This document shows positions 39,336 through 51,533 of a stretch of 64,000 nt of DNA, in pieces. This stretch comes from an uncultured Acidimicrobiia bacterium (lineage in GTDB: Bacteria > Actinomycetota > Acidimicrobiia > Acidimicrobiales > AC-14), in assembly GCA_963836205.1 (NCBI GenBank), contig CAWIIV010000008.1:160001-224000 (forward strand), given 5' to 3'. The notes below the pieces were generated by a model that saw nothing but the letters and a program-made list of their open reading frames with translations, did not search any database and was not told the origin of the DNA. Numbering within the stretch: the first letter of the stretch is position 1; each line of letters starts with the position of its first letter. The position numbers and the translations under genes were made by a program.

Positions 39336-40226
39336 TCAGGGCACGAGGGGGAGGGCGAGGACCTGGGCCGGGGTCGTGCCGCCGTCCCAACGGAGCTCGA
39401 CCTCCGCCGGCGGCTCCACCGCCCGCCGCACGTAGGCGAGGGCCACCATCGCCGCCCGCCACTCCGACCGGGCCACGCTCGTGACCACGCCCACCTCCTT
39501 GTCCCCGGCATGGATGGTGGCGCCCGCCGGGGGCACCACGTCGCCGGAGACCACGACGCCCCGCAGGCGGCGGGGGACGTTGCCGCCCCGGGAGTCGATC
39601 CGGGCGACCAGTTCCTGTCCCGTGTAGCAGCCCTTGTCGAACGCCACCGAGCGCTCGACCACGCCGGCCTCGGCGGGGATGGTGGACTCGTCGAGCTCGC
39701 GTCCCATCACCGGCACCCCCGCCTCGATGCGGGCCACCTCGTAGTCGTCCACCGAGACCGTCGGGACGCCGTCGGGCGCCTCCACCTCGGCCGCGGGGCC
39801 GACGATGTCGACGCCGGGGAGGCCGGGCCAGTCGGCGGGCAGTCCCCCTTCGGGCACCGCCTCGTGGGCGCCCGGACCCCGCACGGCCAGGCACTTCCAG
39901 CCCTCGATCACCTCGATGTCGGCCTTCACCCGCAGCTTGAACCGGTTGAGGCGCTCGACCACGGCCGGCGCCCACCCCCCGTCGGTGTCGAGGACGTACT
40001 CCTCGGCTCCGGTGCGGGTGAAGCGGAGGAGGGCGACGACCTTGCCCTGGGGGTGGAGGAGCAGGGTCCACGCCGAGGTCCCGACGGGGACGTCGACCTG
40101 CTGCGACAGCTGGCCCTGGAGGAACTTCATGGCGTCGGGTCCCGCCACCCGGACGAAGTCGCGGGGCAACTCGACCACACCCACCGTCTGGTGGAGGTCG
40201 ACGGCCGTGTCGGACATGTCAGGCAC
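39336..40226 (-). CDS. ygfZ: Folate-binding YgfZ/GcvT-family protein
   Basis: GPDAMKFLQGQLS, KGCYTGQE motif. Confidence 0.9.
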   Translation of the reverse strand: MPDMSDTAVDLHQTVGVVELPRDFVRVAGPDAMKFLQGQLSQQVDVPVGTSAWTLLLHPQGKVVALLRFTRTGAEEYVLDTDGGWAPAVVERLNRFKLRVKADIEVIEGWKCLAVRGPGAHEAVPEGGLPADWPGLPGVDIVGPAAEVEAPDGVPTVSVDDYEVARIEAGVPVMGRELDESTIPAEAGVVERSVAFDKGCYTGQELVARIDSRGGNVPRRLRGVVVSGDVVPPAGATIHAGDKEVGVVTSVARSEWRAAMVALAYVRRAVEPPAEVELRWDGGTTPAQVLALPLVP

Positions 40227-41754
40227 CGGCGGCCACCTGTCTCGAAGCCCGCATCCGGCGGGCGGCGGGGACGGCTGCGAGCAGTGCGGCCGCCTTGTTG
40301 TGGCACTCGTCGTCCTCGGCCCCGGGGTCGCTGTCGGCCACGATGCCCGCCCCCGCCTGCACCGACGCCCGCCCGTCGGCCCCCACGAACATGGTCCGGA
40401 TGGAGATGGCGGTGTCGAGGTTGCCGGAGAAGTCGAGGTAGCCGACGACGCCCGCGTAGGGGCCCCGCTTGGTTGGCTCCAGGGTGTCGATGATCTCCAT
40501 GGCCCGCACCTTGGGCGCGCCCGACACGGTGCCCGCGGGCAGCGTCGCCCGCAGCACGTCGATCGGCCCCTTGCCCGACGCCAGCCGCCCCGACACCTGC
40601 GACGTGAGGTGCATCACGTGGGAGTAGCGCTCCAGGGTCATCAGCTCGTCGACCTTCTCGGTGCCGAAGGTGACCACCCGGCCCACGTCGTTGCGGGCCA
40701 GGTCGACCAGCATGATGTGCTCGGCCACCTCCTTGGGGTGCTCCCGCAGCTCGCCCCCGAGGCGGCGGTCCTCCTCCGGCGTGGCTCCCCGGCGGCGGGT
40801 GCCGGCGATCGGGCGGGACACGACCACGCCGTCGCGCAGCTGCACCATGGGCTCGGGGGACGAGCCGACCACGGTGATGGCCGGGTGGCGCAGGAAGTAC
40901 ATGTAGGGGCTGGGGTTGACCTGGCGCAGCACCCGGTAGACGTCGAACGGGTCGGCGCCCAGGTCGAGGTCGAAGCGTTGGGAGAGCACCACCTGGAAGA
41001 TGTCGCCGGCCAGGATGTGCTCCTTGGCCACCTCCACCGCGCCGGTGTAGGCCCGCCGCCCCACCACCGACCGCACCTCAGGCAGGGGGTCGGTCGGGTT
41101 GGGGGGAGTGGCCGGCGTGTACGGCAGGGCCCGGCCGAGGTCGTCGGCCATCGTCTGGAGGCGGACCTGGGCCTCGTCGTACAGCCGGTCGAGGGCCTCG
41201 ACGTCGAGGGCGGTGCCGGCCGCCACCCGGACGTTCTCGATGAGCACCACCCGCTGGCGCCAGTGGTCGAAGGCGGCGACGTGCCCGATCACCGACAGCA
41301 CGGCGTCGGGGTGGCCGAGGTCGTCGGGCGGCGGCGACGGCAGGTGCTCGACCTCCCGCACCACGTCGTAGCCGAGGAAGCCGACCACACCGCCGTGGAG
41401 CGGAGGCAGGTCGGGCAGCACCGGCGAGCGGTAGACGTCGAGCAGGCCCTCCACCGCGGCCAGCACGCCCCGGTCGAGGGGGACGCCCGCCGGCACCACC
41501 CCGTCGGCCTCGATCCGCCCGTTGCGGGCCACCAGGGTGACGGACGGGTCGCGACCAACGAACGAGAACCGCCCCCAGGTGTCGCCGTGCTCCACCGACT
41601 CCAACAGGAAGCTCGGGGCGGCGTCGGGACCGTCGCCGGCGAGCTTGAGGTAGGCCGCCACCGGCGTCTCCAGGTCGGACACCAGCTCCCGCCACACGGG
41701 CACCACCGTGTGCCCTGCGGCCAGGGACCGGAAGTCGTCCCGGCTGAGATCCAC
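40219..41754 (-). CDS. trpE: Anthranilate synthase component I
   Basis: FLLESV, GDIFQVVLSQR, NPSPY, PIAGT, EHIMLVDLARND, GTVSGAPK. Confidence 0.95.
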   Translation of the reverse strand: MDLSRDDFRSLAAGHTVVPVWRELVSDLETPVAAYLKLAGDGPDAAPSFLLESVEHGDTWGRFSFVGRDPSVTLVARNGRIEADGVVPAGVPLDRGVLAAVEGLLDVYRSPVLPDLPPLHGGVVGFLGYDVVREVEHLPSPPPDDLGHPDAVLSVIGHVAAFDHWRQRVVLIENVRVAAGTALDVEALDRLYDEAQVRLQTMADDLGRALPYTPATPPNPTDPLPEVRSVVGRRAYTGAVEVAKEHILAGDIFQVVLSQRFDLDLGADPFDVYRVLRQVNPSPYMYFLRHPAITVVGSSPEPMVQLRDGVVVSRPIAGTRRRGATPEEDRRLGGELREHPKEVAEHIMLVDLARNDVGRVVTFGTEKVDELMTLERYSHVMHLTSQVSGRLASGKGPIDVLRATLPAGTVSGAPKVRAMEIIDTLEPTKRGPYAGVVGYLDFSGNLDTAISIRTMFVGADGRASVQAGAGIVADSDPGAEDDECHNKAAALLAAVPAARRMRASRQVAAGA

Positions 41755-42128
41755 TACTTCTCGGGGGACGGGTCGGTGCCGAAGCGCCGGTAGAAGCAGG
41801 TGCGCTCGCCGGTGTGGCAGGCACCCCGGCCCTCCTGCTCGACCACCAGGAGCAGGGTGTCGCCGTCGCAGTCGTAGTACGCCTCCCGCACGAACTGGCG
41901 GTCGCCCGAGGTCTCGCCCTTGCACCAGAACTCCTGGCGGGACCGGCTCCAGAACCAGGTGCGGCCCGTCTCCAGGGTGCGGCGGAGGGATTCCTCGTTC
42001 ATCCAGGCCAGCATGAGGACGGCGCCGGTGGCCTGCTCCTGGACGATCGCCGGAACCAGGCCCTCGGCGTTGAAGGAGACGGCGGCCAGGTCGGAGTCGA
42101 CGAGGGTGAGGGGTGTGGCGGTGGGCAC
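41754..42128 (-). CDS. hisI: Phosphoribosyl-AMP cyclohydrolase
   Basis: [31 protein letters not shown]. Confidence 0.94.
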   Translation of the reverse strand: MPTATPLTLVDSDLAAVSFNAEGLVPAIVQEQATGAVLMLAWMNEESLRRTLETGRTWFWSRSRQEFWCKGETSGDRQFVREAYYDCDGDTLLLVVEQEGRGACHTGERTCFYRRFGTDPSPEK

Positions 42129-42231
42129 CCGGCCATCGTACCGGCGGCCCGGACCCGAGCGACCTTGACCTGCACGGGATCTCCATAGGGCGCACGGGAC
42201 TCCGCCACATCCGGTCCGTATCCTTCGGTAG

Positions 42232-42912
<681 letters not shown>

Positions 42913-42934
42913 AGGTCACCGGCCAATGCATCAG

Positions 42935-43936
42935 ATGAGGCCGCTCGACCCCCTGAAGTCGATCAAGATGAAGCTGGGGGCGGTGATCGTGGCCGCGGTG
43001 GCGGTGACGGTGCTGGTCGTGTCGGTGGGGCAGGGGGCGGGCATGTCGGCCGTGGCCAGCGCCCTGCTGGCGGGTGCGTTGGCCCTGAGCCTGGTCCAGA
43101 TCCTGGCCCGGGGGATGACGTCGCCCCTGCGGGAGATGGCCTCCGCGGCCCGGGCCATGGCCAAGGGCGACTACGGCCGGCGGGTGACGGCCACCTCCCG
43201 CGACGAGGTGGGTGAGCTGGCCCGGGCCTTCAACGCCATGGCCGTGCAGCTGGCCGAGGTCGACCGGGTGCGGCGGGACCTGGTGGCCAACGTGTCCCAC
43301 GAGCTGCGCACGCCCATCACCGCCCTGCGGGCCAACCTGGAGAACCTGGTCGACGGGGTGGAGCCGGCCGACGCCGACACGTTGCGCACCATGCTCCGCC
43401 AGACCGAGCGCCTGGGCGGGCTGGTGGCCCAGCTCCTCGACCTGTCCCGCCTGGAGTCGGGGTCGGTCCCGCTGCAACGCCAGCCGTTCGCGGTGGAGGC
43501 GGTGCTGGAGGACGCGGCGTCGGAGTCCCGCCTCCATGCGCCCGGGGTGGAGGTGTCGGTGCTGGTCGAGGCGCCCGACCCGGTGGCCGACGGCGACCCC
43601 GCCCGCGTCCACCAGGTGGTGGCCAACCTGCTCGACAACGCCGTGCGCTACTCCCCCGCGGGCGGCACCGTCGAGCTGTCGGCCCGCCGGGGCAAGGGCA
43701 CCGTCACCATCGAGGTCCGCGACCACGGCCCCGGGATCAGCGACGAGGACTCCTCCCGGGTCTTCGAGCGCTTCTACCGGGCCGACGCGTCCCGGTCGTC
43801 GGGCCACGGGGGGGCGGGCCTCGGCCTGGCCATCGCCCGGTGGATCGTCGACCTCCACGGGGGCGAGATCCGGGCCGAACGGGCCCAGCCCACCGGCTGC
43901 CGCATGGTGGTCGTCCTCCCCGCGGGCCGGCTGTGA
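42935..43936 (+). CDS. HAMP histidine kinase with minimal extracellular loop (intramembrane-sensing type)
   Basis: Two adjacent TMs, SHELRTP, NAVRY, GAGLGL. Confidence 0.9.
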   Translation: MRPLDPLKSIKMKLGAVIVAAVAVTVLVVSVGQGAGMSAVASALLAGALALSLVQILARGMTSPLREMASAARAMAKGDYGRRVTATSRDEVGELARAFNAMAVQLAEVDRVRRDLVANVSHELRTPITALRANLENLVDGVEPADADTLRTMLRQTERLGGLVAQLLDLSRLESGSVPLQRQPFAVEAVLEDAASESRLHAPGVEVSVLVEAPDPVADGDPARVHQVVANLLDNAVRYSPAGGTVELSARRGKGTVTIEVRDHGPGISDEDSSRVFERFYRADASRSSGHGGAGLGLAIARWIVDLHGGEIRAERAQPTGCRMVVVLPAGRL

Positions 43937-44021
43937 CCGGCGGCGCCCCCCTCTCTGGAGCGAAAACGACAGCCACGGTCGCTTTTGCACCACAAAGCCG
44001 AACCCGGATCGAGGTCCCGTC

Positions 44022-45486
44022 ATGAACACGCTCGAGGAACTGCACGACAGCCTGGCCGTGCGCCGGCCGGCCGACGGGGCCACCCTGGCCGTGGTCGGGG
44101 CGGCGGCGGTGCTGACCGACGTCGCCGTGCGCTCGCGGCCTCGACGGGCTGGCCGGCGCCCTGCTGGTGGCCGTGGTGGCCGGCGGGCTGGTGCTGAGCG
44201 GCCGGGTGGCCAACCCCCAGGCCCGGGCCCTGGCCGCGGCGGCCATTGCCTTCGGCGTCTGCCTGGCCGCCCGTACCAGCCCGTGGCTGCTCCCCTTCGA
44301 CGTGCTCGCGGTCGGGGGGCTGTTGGTGCTGGCGGCGTCGTTCGCCTCCGGGGGCAGCGTCCTCGACCTCACCGTGCCCGCCGCGGTCACCCGGGCAATC
44401 CACGCGGTGGCCCACGGGCTCACCGCACCCGCCTTCCTGGTGGCCGGCCGGGGCCGGGTGACGTCCCGGCGGGCGGCGGCCACCGCCCGGGGCCTGGTGC
44501 TGGCCGTCCCCCTCCTCCTGGTGCTGGGCGTGCTCCTGGCCGAGGCCGACGCCGTCTTCGCCGGCTTCTTCTCCGGCTGGGACCTGCTGACCCCCGTCGA
44601 GCACGGTGTGCTGCTGATCATCGGGGCGTGGGGCATGGCCGGTCTCCTTCGGTTGGCCTCGGCCGCGCCGGCACCGGCGCTGCCCCGCGTCGGCCTCCGG
44701 CTCGGCCGCACCGAGGCCACCATCGTGCTGGCCTCGGTGGTGGCGCTGTTCGCCGCCTTCGCCGTGGCCCAGCTGGTGGCCGCGTCCGAGGGCGGTCGCC
44801 ACGTGATCGAGACCGCCGGCCTCACCTACGCCGAGTACGCCCGCACCGGGTTCTTCCAGCTGCTCGCGGTGGCCGCCATCACCCTGGCCGTGCTGCTCGG
44901 GCTGCGGGGGGCCACCGACCTGTCCGAACCCGCCGCCCGCCGCCGGTTCACCGTGTTGGCGGAGGCGGCGGTGGCGCTGACCCTCGTGATCGTGGTGGTC
45001 GCCGTCGCCCGCCTCGGCCTCTACGAGGACGCCTTCGGCCTGACCATGCTGCGGCTGTACAGCAAGGTGTTCGCCGTCTGGATCGGCGTCGTGTTCGTCC
45101 TGCTGGCCCTCGACCTGGCCGGCCTCGGCCGGCGCCGGACGTGGCTGCCGTCGACGGCGGTGGCCGCCGGCCTGGTCGCCCTGTTCGCCCTCAACGTGGT
45201 CAACCCGGAGGCGGTGGTGGTCCGCCACAACGTGGCCTTCGCCGAGCGCAGCGGGCGGTTCGACCCGGTGTACCTCACCGATCTGTCCGACGACGCCGTC
45301 CCTGCCCTGGTCGACGCCCTCCCCCGCCTCGACCCGGAGGCCCGCCGGATGGTGCTGGCCCGGGTGTGCACCATGGGGTCCGCCGGCCAACCGGCCCGGT
45401 CGTGGTGGTCGTTCAACGGCGCCCGGGACGCGGCCGTCGAGGCCCGCAACCAGGTGTGCGCCGCTCCCGGCCCCCGGGTGCCCTAG
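44022..45486 (+). CDS. DUF4153/DUF4173-like membrane protein, +1 frameshift near 44136
   Basis: ADAVF, TYAEYARTGFFQLL, LYEDAFGLTMLRL, YLTDLSDDAVP; N-terminal part in a different frame. Confidence 0.8.
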
Positions 45487-46100
45487 GAGGCGGACAGCTC
45501 CAACGCGACCGGAACGTCCCCCGGGGCTATCCGGCGGTGCTGCCGTTGCCGGTAGAGGGCGGCGTCGGCCCGGGCGACGAGGTCCTCGGACGAGTCGCCC
45601 GGCCGCAGCTCGGCGATGCCGATCGTCACCGACCCGTGCTCGGGAGCCTGGGCCAGGGCCTGGTTCACGCCTGCGAGGCGCTTGGTGGCGGCGGCGGTGC
45701 TCAGGCCGGGGACCACGCAGACGAACTCGTCGCCGCCGTAGCGGATGATCACGTCGTAGGAGCGGAGGGTCGCCCGGATGGTGGCCGCGACCTCGACCAG
45801 CATCCGGTCACCGGCCGCGTGGCCCGGTCCGGTCGCCCGTCGACCATGAACTGCGACAGGAGGCCGGCGGCGTCGACGGCCACGAAGCGACCCTCGTCGA
45901 TGGCGGTGTCGAGGTCGATCCCGGCGGCCCGGAAGGAGGCGTCGAAAGGTGTCGGTGGACGGGTGTCGCCACGATCACGGTGGCGTCGCCGGCGAGGAGG
46001 GAGGGCGCCAACGTGGCGCAGACGGTGCTGACGAGGAACGCCTCCGTGTCGTAGAACCCGACGACATGGTCGCCACGGCCCTTGGCCCCGGTGTCGGCCA
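45483..46100 (-). pseudogene. Degraded MEDS-GGDEF diguanylate cyclase gene (frameshift plus internal deletion)
   Basis: DHVVGFYDTEAFLV...GDATVIVATPVH, then shifted GIDLDTAIDEGRFVAVDA..LLSQFMVDG, joined to GHAAGDRML...RYGGDEF...RADAALY. Confidence 0.72.
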
Positions 46101-46189
46101 GGCTCGGAGGGTCCGCTACCCCTCTTTGTCGACCCGTCGCCGCCGCAACTGGAGCGCGGCGTGGGGCCGCGCTCCAGTTGGCACCCGCG

Positions 46190-47002
46190 TCAGCCCACCC
46201 GGCGGCGGGCGGTGACCACGGCCAACCCCACGAACACGGCGGCCACCAGCAGCGGCCACCACAGGGAGTGGGGGTCGTTGGTCGACCCCAGCCACGACTG
46301 ACGGAGGCCGCCCACCAGGTGGCTGAGGGGCAGGACGTCGGAGATCGTCCGCATGGCCCCGGTCATGACGGCCCGGGGCGGGCCGCCGCCGCCGAGGAGG
46401 AGCATCGGGACGAAGACGAGGTTGCCGAGGGCGTTGGCCGACCGTCCCGACGGGAGGAGCGACCCGAGGGCGACGCCGATGGCGACGAAACAGGCCAGCC
46501 CGGCCACGTACCAGCCGAGGACGCCGACGGGGTCGGCCGGCATGCGCAGGCCGTAGATGGCGGCCCCCGCCACCAGCACCGTCGCCGCCGCCACCGTGCC
46601 CAGCACCGCCCCCAGGAGGACCTCCGACGTCACCAGCACGCCCGCGCTCAGGCCCGACGACCGGAACCGCCGCAGCACTCCCAGCTCCCGGTGGGTCGCC
46701 ATGTGCACCGGGACGGTGATGAGGCCCATGGCGGCCAGGACGACACCGACGTAGCCGGCCAGGTAGTGCTGGCTGGGCGCCACCCCGGCGAACTCGGGAT
46801 CGGGGGCCTGGCCGAAGACGCCTGCCAGGACGAGCACGGTGCCGAGCGGGAAGCCGATGAGGGCGACGGCCACCATCGGCTCCCGGAGGACGAGCCGCAG
46901 CTCGGCCCCGGTGAGGCGTAGCACGGAGCGCAGGCGGGGCGGGCGCCCCCCGGGGGCGTTGCCGACAGTCGCGGGGGCAGTGGGTTGGACGAGGGCGGTC
47001 AT
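46190..47002 (-). CDS. ABC-2 type exporter permease
   Basis: Six TM segments, RELGVLRRF, LPLSH. Confidence 0.88.
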   Translation of the reverse strand: MTALVQPTAPATVGNAPGGRPPRLRSVLRLTGAELRLVLREPMVAVALIGFPLGTVLVLAGVFGQAPDPEFAGVAPSQHYLAGYVGVVLAAMGLITVPVHMATHRELGVLRRFRSSGLSAGVLVTSEVLLGAVLGTVAAATVLVAGAAIYGLRMPADPVGVLGWYVAGLACFVAIGVALGSLLPSGRSANALGNLVFVPMLLLGGGGPPRAVMTGAMRTISDVLPLSHLVGGLRQSWLGSTNDPHSLWWPLLVAAVFVGLAVVTARRRVG

Positions 47003-47997
47003 GACGAGGCCTCCTGGGTGAGGGCCCTGGCTGTGAGGGCCCTGGCTGTGAGGGCCCTGGCTGTGAGGGCAATGAAGCGGTCTTCGAGCGAGGGGCGGTG
47101 GGCCCGGAGGTCGAGCGGCGGGCGGCCGAGGACGACCAGGCGGGCGCCGACGTGGGCCAGCACCGGGCCCGTGCCGGTCACCCGGACCTCGGGGCCGTGG
47201 CGGTCGACCCGGGTGACGCCGGGCAGGCGGCGGAGGGTGGAGACGTCGAGGTCGGCGTCGGTGAACGTCACCGTCGTGGTGCCCCCCAGCTCGGCGACGA
47301 TCGACGCCGGCGTGCCGTCGGCCACCACCTGTCCCCGGTCGAGGACGACGATGTGGTCGCACAGGCGCTCGGCCTCCTCCACGTCGTGGGTGACGAGGAC
47401 GACGGTGGTGCCGCGGTCGCGGACCCGGCGGACCACGTCCCACGTGCGCCGACGGCCGACCGGATCGAGGTTCTGGGTGAGCTCGTCGAGGAAGACGAGC
47501 CGAGGCCGGCCGACGAGGGCCAGGGCCACGAACAGGCGCTGGCGCTGCCCACCCGACAGCCCGCCGAACGGCCGTCGCCACAAGTCGTCCAGCTGCCACT
47601 CCCGGGCCAGCTCGACGAGGGGGCGGGGCGACGGGTGGAGCGAGGCGAACAGCCGCAGCGCCTCCCCCACCCGCATGCGCTCGGGCAGGGCCGCGTCCTG
47701 GAGTTGGGCGCCGACGATGCGGCGGAGGCGGTCGCCGGCCGTGGACGGGTCGAGGCCGAGGACCGAGATCTCCCCGCCGTCGGCCCGGCGCAGACCCTGG
47801 AGGATCTCGACGGTGGTCGTCTTCCCCGCCCCGTTGGTGCCCAGGAGGCCGAACAGCTCGCCTTCCCGGACGGTGAAGGAGATGCCGCCGAGCACCTCGG
47901 TGGACCCGTAGCGCTTCCGGAGGTGGCGGACCTCGATGACGGGGCCGTCGCCCAGCCCGAGGCGCTCGGGGGATGGTGAGAGTGTCGTCGTGGACAT
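46999..47997 (-). CDS. ABC exporter ATP-binding protein with C-terminal ALTAR repeats
   Basis: GTNGAGKT, LSGGQRQR, FLDE. Confidence 0.92.
   Translation of the reverse strand: MSTTTLSPSPERLGLGDGPVIEVRHLRKRYGSTEVLGGISFTVREGELFGLLGTNGAGKTTTVEILQGLRRADGGEISVLGLDPSTAGDRLRRIVGAQLQDAALPERMRVGEALRLFASLHPSPRPLVELAREWQLDDLWRRPFGGLSGGQRQRLFVALALVGRPRLVFLDELTQNLDPVGRRRTWDVVRRVRDRGTTVVLVTHDVEEAERLCDHIVVLDRGQVVADGTPASIVAELGGTTTVTFTDADLDVSTLRRLPGVTRVDRHGPEVRVTGTGPVLAHVGARLVVLGRPPLDLRAHRPSLEDRFIALTARALTARALTARALTQEASS
47019..47070. repeat. 15-bp tandem repeat TGAGGGCCCTGGCTG, about 3.5 copies, in the ATPase 3' end
   Basis: Directly visible. Confidence 0.85.
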
Positions 47998-48046
47998 GCG
48001 GCCATCGTGCGCCCACCACCCCCTGGGGCGCATCGGGCCAGGGTCG

Positions 48047-48718
48047 CTACGTCGTCTCCGCCCCCGGTCGGGGTTCGACGATCCCGTGGTCGTAGGCGAA
48101 GACGATGGCCGCGGCCCGGTCGCGAACGCCCAGCTTGGAGAAGATGGCCCCCACGTGGGTCTTGACGGTGGCCTCGCTCACGAACAGCGACGCCCCGATC
48201 TCGGTGTTGGTCGCGCCCCGGGCCATGTGGCGGAGGACGTCGTGCTCCCGGTCGGTGAGCTGCTCGGCCCGGGCCGCCTCCACCAGCCGGGGCCGTACGT
48301 TCGTCCGGAACGCCTGGAGCACCCGGGGCGCGACCTTCGGGTCGAGCCAGGCGGCCCCGCCGGCGACGGCCCGGGCCGCGGCCAGCAGGTCCTCGGCCGA
48401 GGCGTCCTTGAGGATGAACCCGGCCGCGCCCGCGTCGAGGGCCCCCCACAGGGCGTCGTCGTCGTCGAACGTGGTCAGGACGAGGATCGGGGGCTCGTCC
48501 GCCACCGCCCGCAGGCGGCGGGTGGCCTCCACCCCGTCGACCCGGCGCATGCGCACGTCGAGCAGGACCAGGTCGGGCCGGTGGCGGGCGACGGCGTCGA
48601 CCACCTGGTCGCCGTCGTCGCACTCCTCGACCACGGCGAAGCCGTCGTCCGGCCCCAGGATGCGAGCCACCCCCGCCCGCACCACCGCCTGGTCGTCGAC
48701 GATCACGACCCTGATCAC
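48047..48718 (-). CDS. NarL/LuxR-family response regulator
   Basis: IVDDQ, LDVRM, LTTF, TNTEIG..LFVSEATVKTH. Confidence 0.93.
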   Translation of the reverse strand: MIRVVIVDDQAVVRAGVARILGPDDGFAVVEECDDGDQVVDAVARHRPDLVLLDVRMRRVDGVEATRRLRAVADEPPILVLTTFDDDDALWGALDAGAAGFILKDASAEDLLAAARAVAGGAAWLDPKVAPRVLQAFRTNVRPRLVEAARAEQLTDREHDVLRHMARGATNTEIGASLFVSEATVKTHVGAIFSKLGVRDRAAAIVFAYDHGIVEPRPGAETT

Positions 48719-49875
48719 GGGGCGTCCACCACCACTGAAGGTAGGCGGGCGTCGACCCGCCACCCGTCGGCCGTGGGTCCCGCGTCGAGATCGCCGCCCA
48801 GGGCCCGGGCCCGCTCCCGCATCCCGACCAGCCCGAAGTGGCCGTCGTTCGGATCGGGCGGCGCGCCGGGACGGCCGCGGTCGGCCACGACCAGGCGCAC
48901 CTCGCGTGCGTCGACCGCCACGGCCAGCTCCACCCGGTTCTCCGGAGCGTGGCGGGCGACGTTGGCCAGTGCCTCCCGAGCGATGCGGTGGAGGGCGGTT
49001 CCCACTGCTCCCTCCAGCGCTGCGACCTGCTCGGGGACGGTGGCGTCGACCCGGAGCCCGGCCCGCTGGTATTCGTCGACCAGGCCGGCGAGGTCGGCCG
49101 CCCCGGCCAGGGACGGGTCGGTCCCCCGCTCGTGGGTGCGCAGGGCGGCCACCGTCGCCCGGATCTGGTCGAGGCTCGACCGGCCCACCGACTCCGCGTC
49201 GCGCAAGGCCCGCTCGGCCTCGTCGACGTCGCGGCGCAGCACATGGCGGGCCCCGGTGACGTGCAGGAGCATGGCTGCCAGGGTGTGGCCGGCCAGGTCG
49301 TGCAGCTCCCGGGCGATGCGGCGCCGTTCTTCGGCCACCGCCTGCTCGGCCAGCGCCCGCCGGGCCCGCCCGAGCTGCTCGATCAGGTCCTGCTTGCGGC
49401 GCAGCTCCCGGCCCATGGCGAAGGTGAACACCGCGGCCGCGGCCCACGGCGTCCAGTTGATGCCCGAATCGGGCGCGAAGACGTCGGCGATCAGCCACGG
49501 GGTGACGGCGGTGACGGCGAGGAGCACGACCGCCCTGGTCAGCGACCGGAGGTGCCACGCCGCGTAGAGGAGCATCACCACCGGCAGGAACTGGGCCGCC
49601 TCGAGGTCGCCGTCGCCGGTGGCCACGGCGAGCGCGACCGACCCGACCACGACCGCCCCGAACACCTCCGCCGGCATGCGGGACCACAGGGCTCGGACCA
49701 CGAAGGCCGCGACCGCGGGGACGAGCAGGAGCAGGGCGGCGCCCGAGCCGGGGTCGGTGAGCTGGGCGATGGCGGAGATGGCGACCGCGCTGCCCACGAG
49801 GAACCACCGCTGGTCGGACCCCGTCGGCACCTCCGGCCGCCACAGGTCCGCTCGCCACCGGCTCGACCAGTCCAT
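48715..49875 (-). CDS. HisKA_3 (NarX/DesK-type) sensor kinase
   Basis: ERRRIARELHD, EALANVARH, GLVGMRER. Confidence 0.92.
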   Translation of the reverse strand: MDWSSRWRADLWRPEVPTGSDQRWFLVGSAVAISAIAQLTDPGSGAALLLLVPAVAAFVVRALWSRMPAEVFGAVVVGSVALAVATGDGDLEAAQFLPVVMLLYAAWHLRSLTRAVVLLAVTAVTPWLIADVFAPDSGINWTPWAAAAVFTFAMGRELRRKQDLIEQLGRARRALAEQAVAEERRRIARELHDLAGHTLAAMLLHVTGARHVLRRDVDEAERALRDAESVGRSSLDQIRATVAALRTHERGTDPSLAGAADLAGLVDEYQRAGLRVDATVPEQVAALEGAVGTALHRIAREALANVARHAPENRVELAVAVDAREVRLVVADRGRPGAPPDPNDGHFGLVGMRERARALGGDLDAGPTADGWRVDARLPSVVVDAP

Positions 49876-50043
49876 CGAATCGAGGCTAGGGCGGCGCTCG
49901 GCGGACGTCATCGGCCCGGGGACGGAACGACGTCCTCCCAGGGGCGGAGTTGCGAGGGGCGGCTTCGGTTCGGATCGTCCGTAGCGGGGTGATCTGACCG
50001 AAAGCGGCCGATTCACCCCGATTCGGCTGCGCCGAACCGTGGC

Positions 50044-50795
<752 letters not shown>

Positions 50796-50814
<19 letters not shown>

Positions 50815-51533
50815 GCGGCCATCGCCTCCTCCACCGTGAACAGCCCGTCGTGGAGGGCCTTGCCCACGATCGCCCCCGCCAGCCGACGCCCCCCGACTTC
50901 GAGCGTGGCCAGGGCGACCAGATCCGCCGCCGAACCCACCCCGCCGGATGCGATCACGTCGACCGCGGTCGCCTCGAGCACCGCGGCCAGGCCGTCGAGG
51001 TCGGGGCCGGCGAAGGTGCCGTCACGGGCGATCTCGGTGACGACGAAGGCGGCCACGCCACAGTCCTCGAAGCGGGCCAGGAGGTCGAAGAGGTCGACGC
51101 CCGAGCCCTCCAGCCAGCCCCGGACAGCCGCCACCCGGCCCCGCACGTCGATCCCCACCGCCACCTGGTGGTGGGTGGCCAGGTCGCGCACCAGCTGCGG
51201 GTTCTCGACCGCGGCCGTCCCGATCACCACCCGGTGGGCGCCGGCCTCAAGGAGGGCCTCGGCCGACGCCTGGTCGCGCACCCCCCCGCCGGACTGGATG
51301 CGCGCCGCCCCGCCGACCGCGGCGGCGATCGCCGCGATCACGGGCCGGTTCTCGGGAGTGCCGGTGCGGGCCGCGTCCAGGTCGACCAGATGGATCCACG
51401 GGGCGCCGGCGGCGACGAACTCCAAGGCCACGGTCACCGGGTCCGTGCCGTACGCCGTCTCCTGGGAGAAATCACCCTGGTAGAGACGGACCGTACGACC
51501 GGCCCGGAGGTCAATCGCCGGGTACAGATCCAA
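50796..51533 (-). CDS. hisA: ProFAR isomerase
   Basis: [25 protein letters not shown]. Confidence 0.93.
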
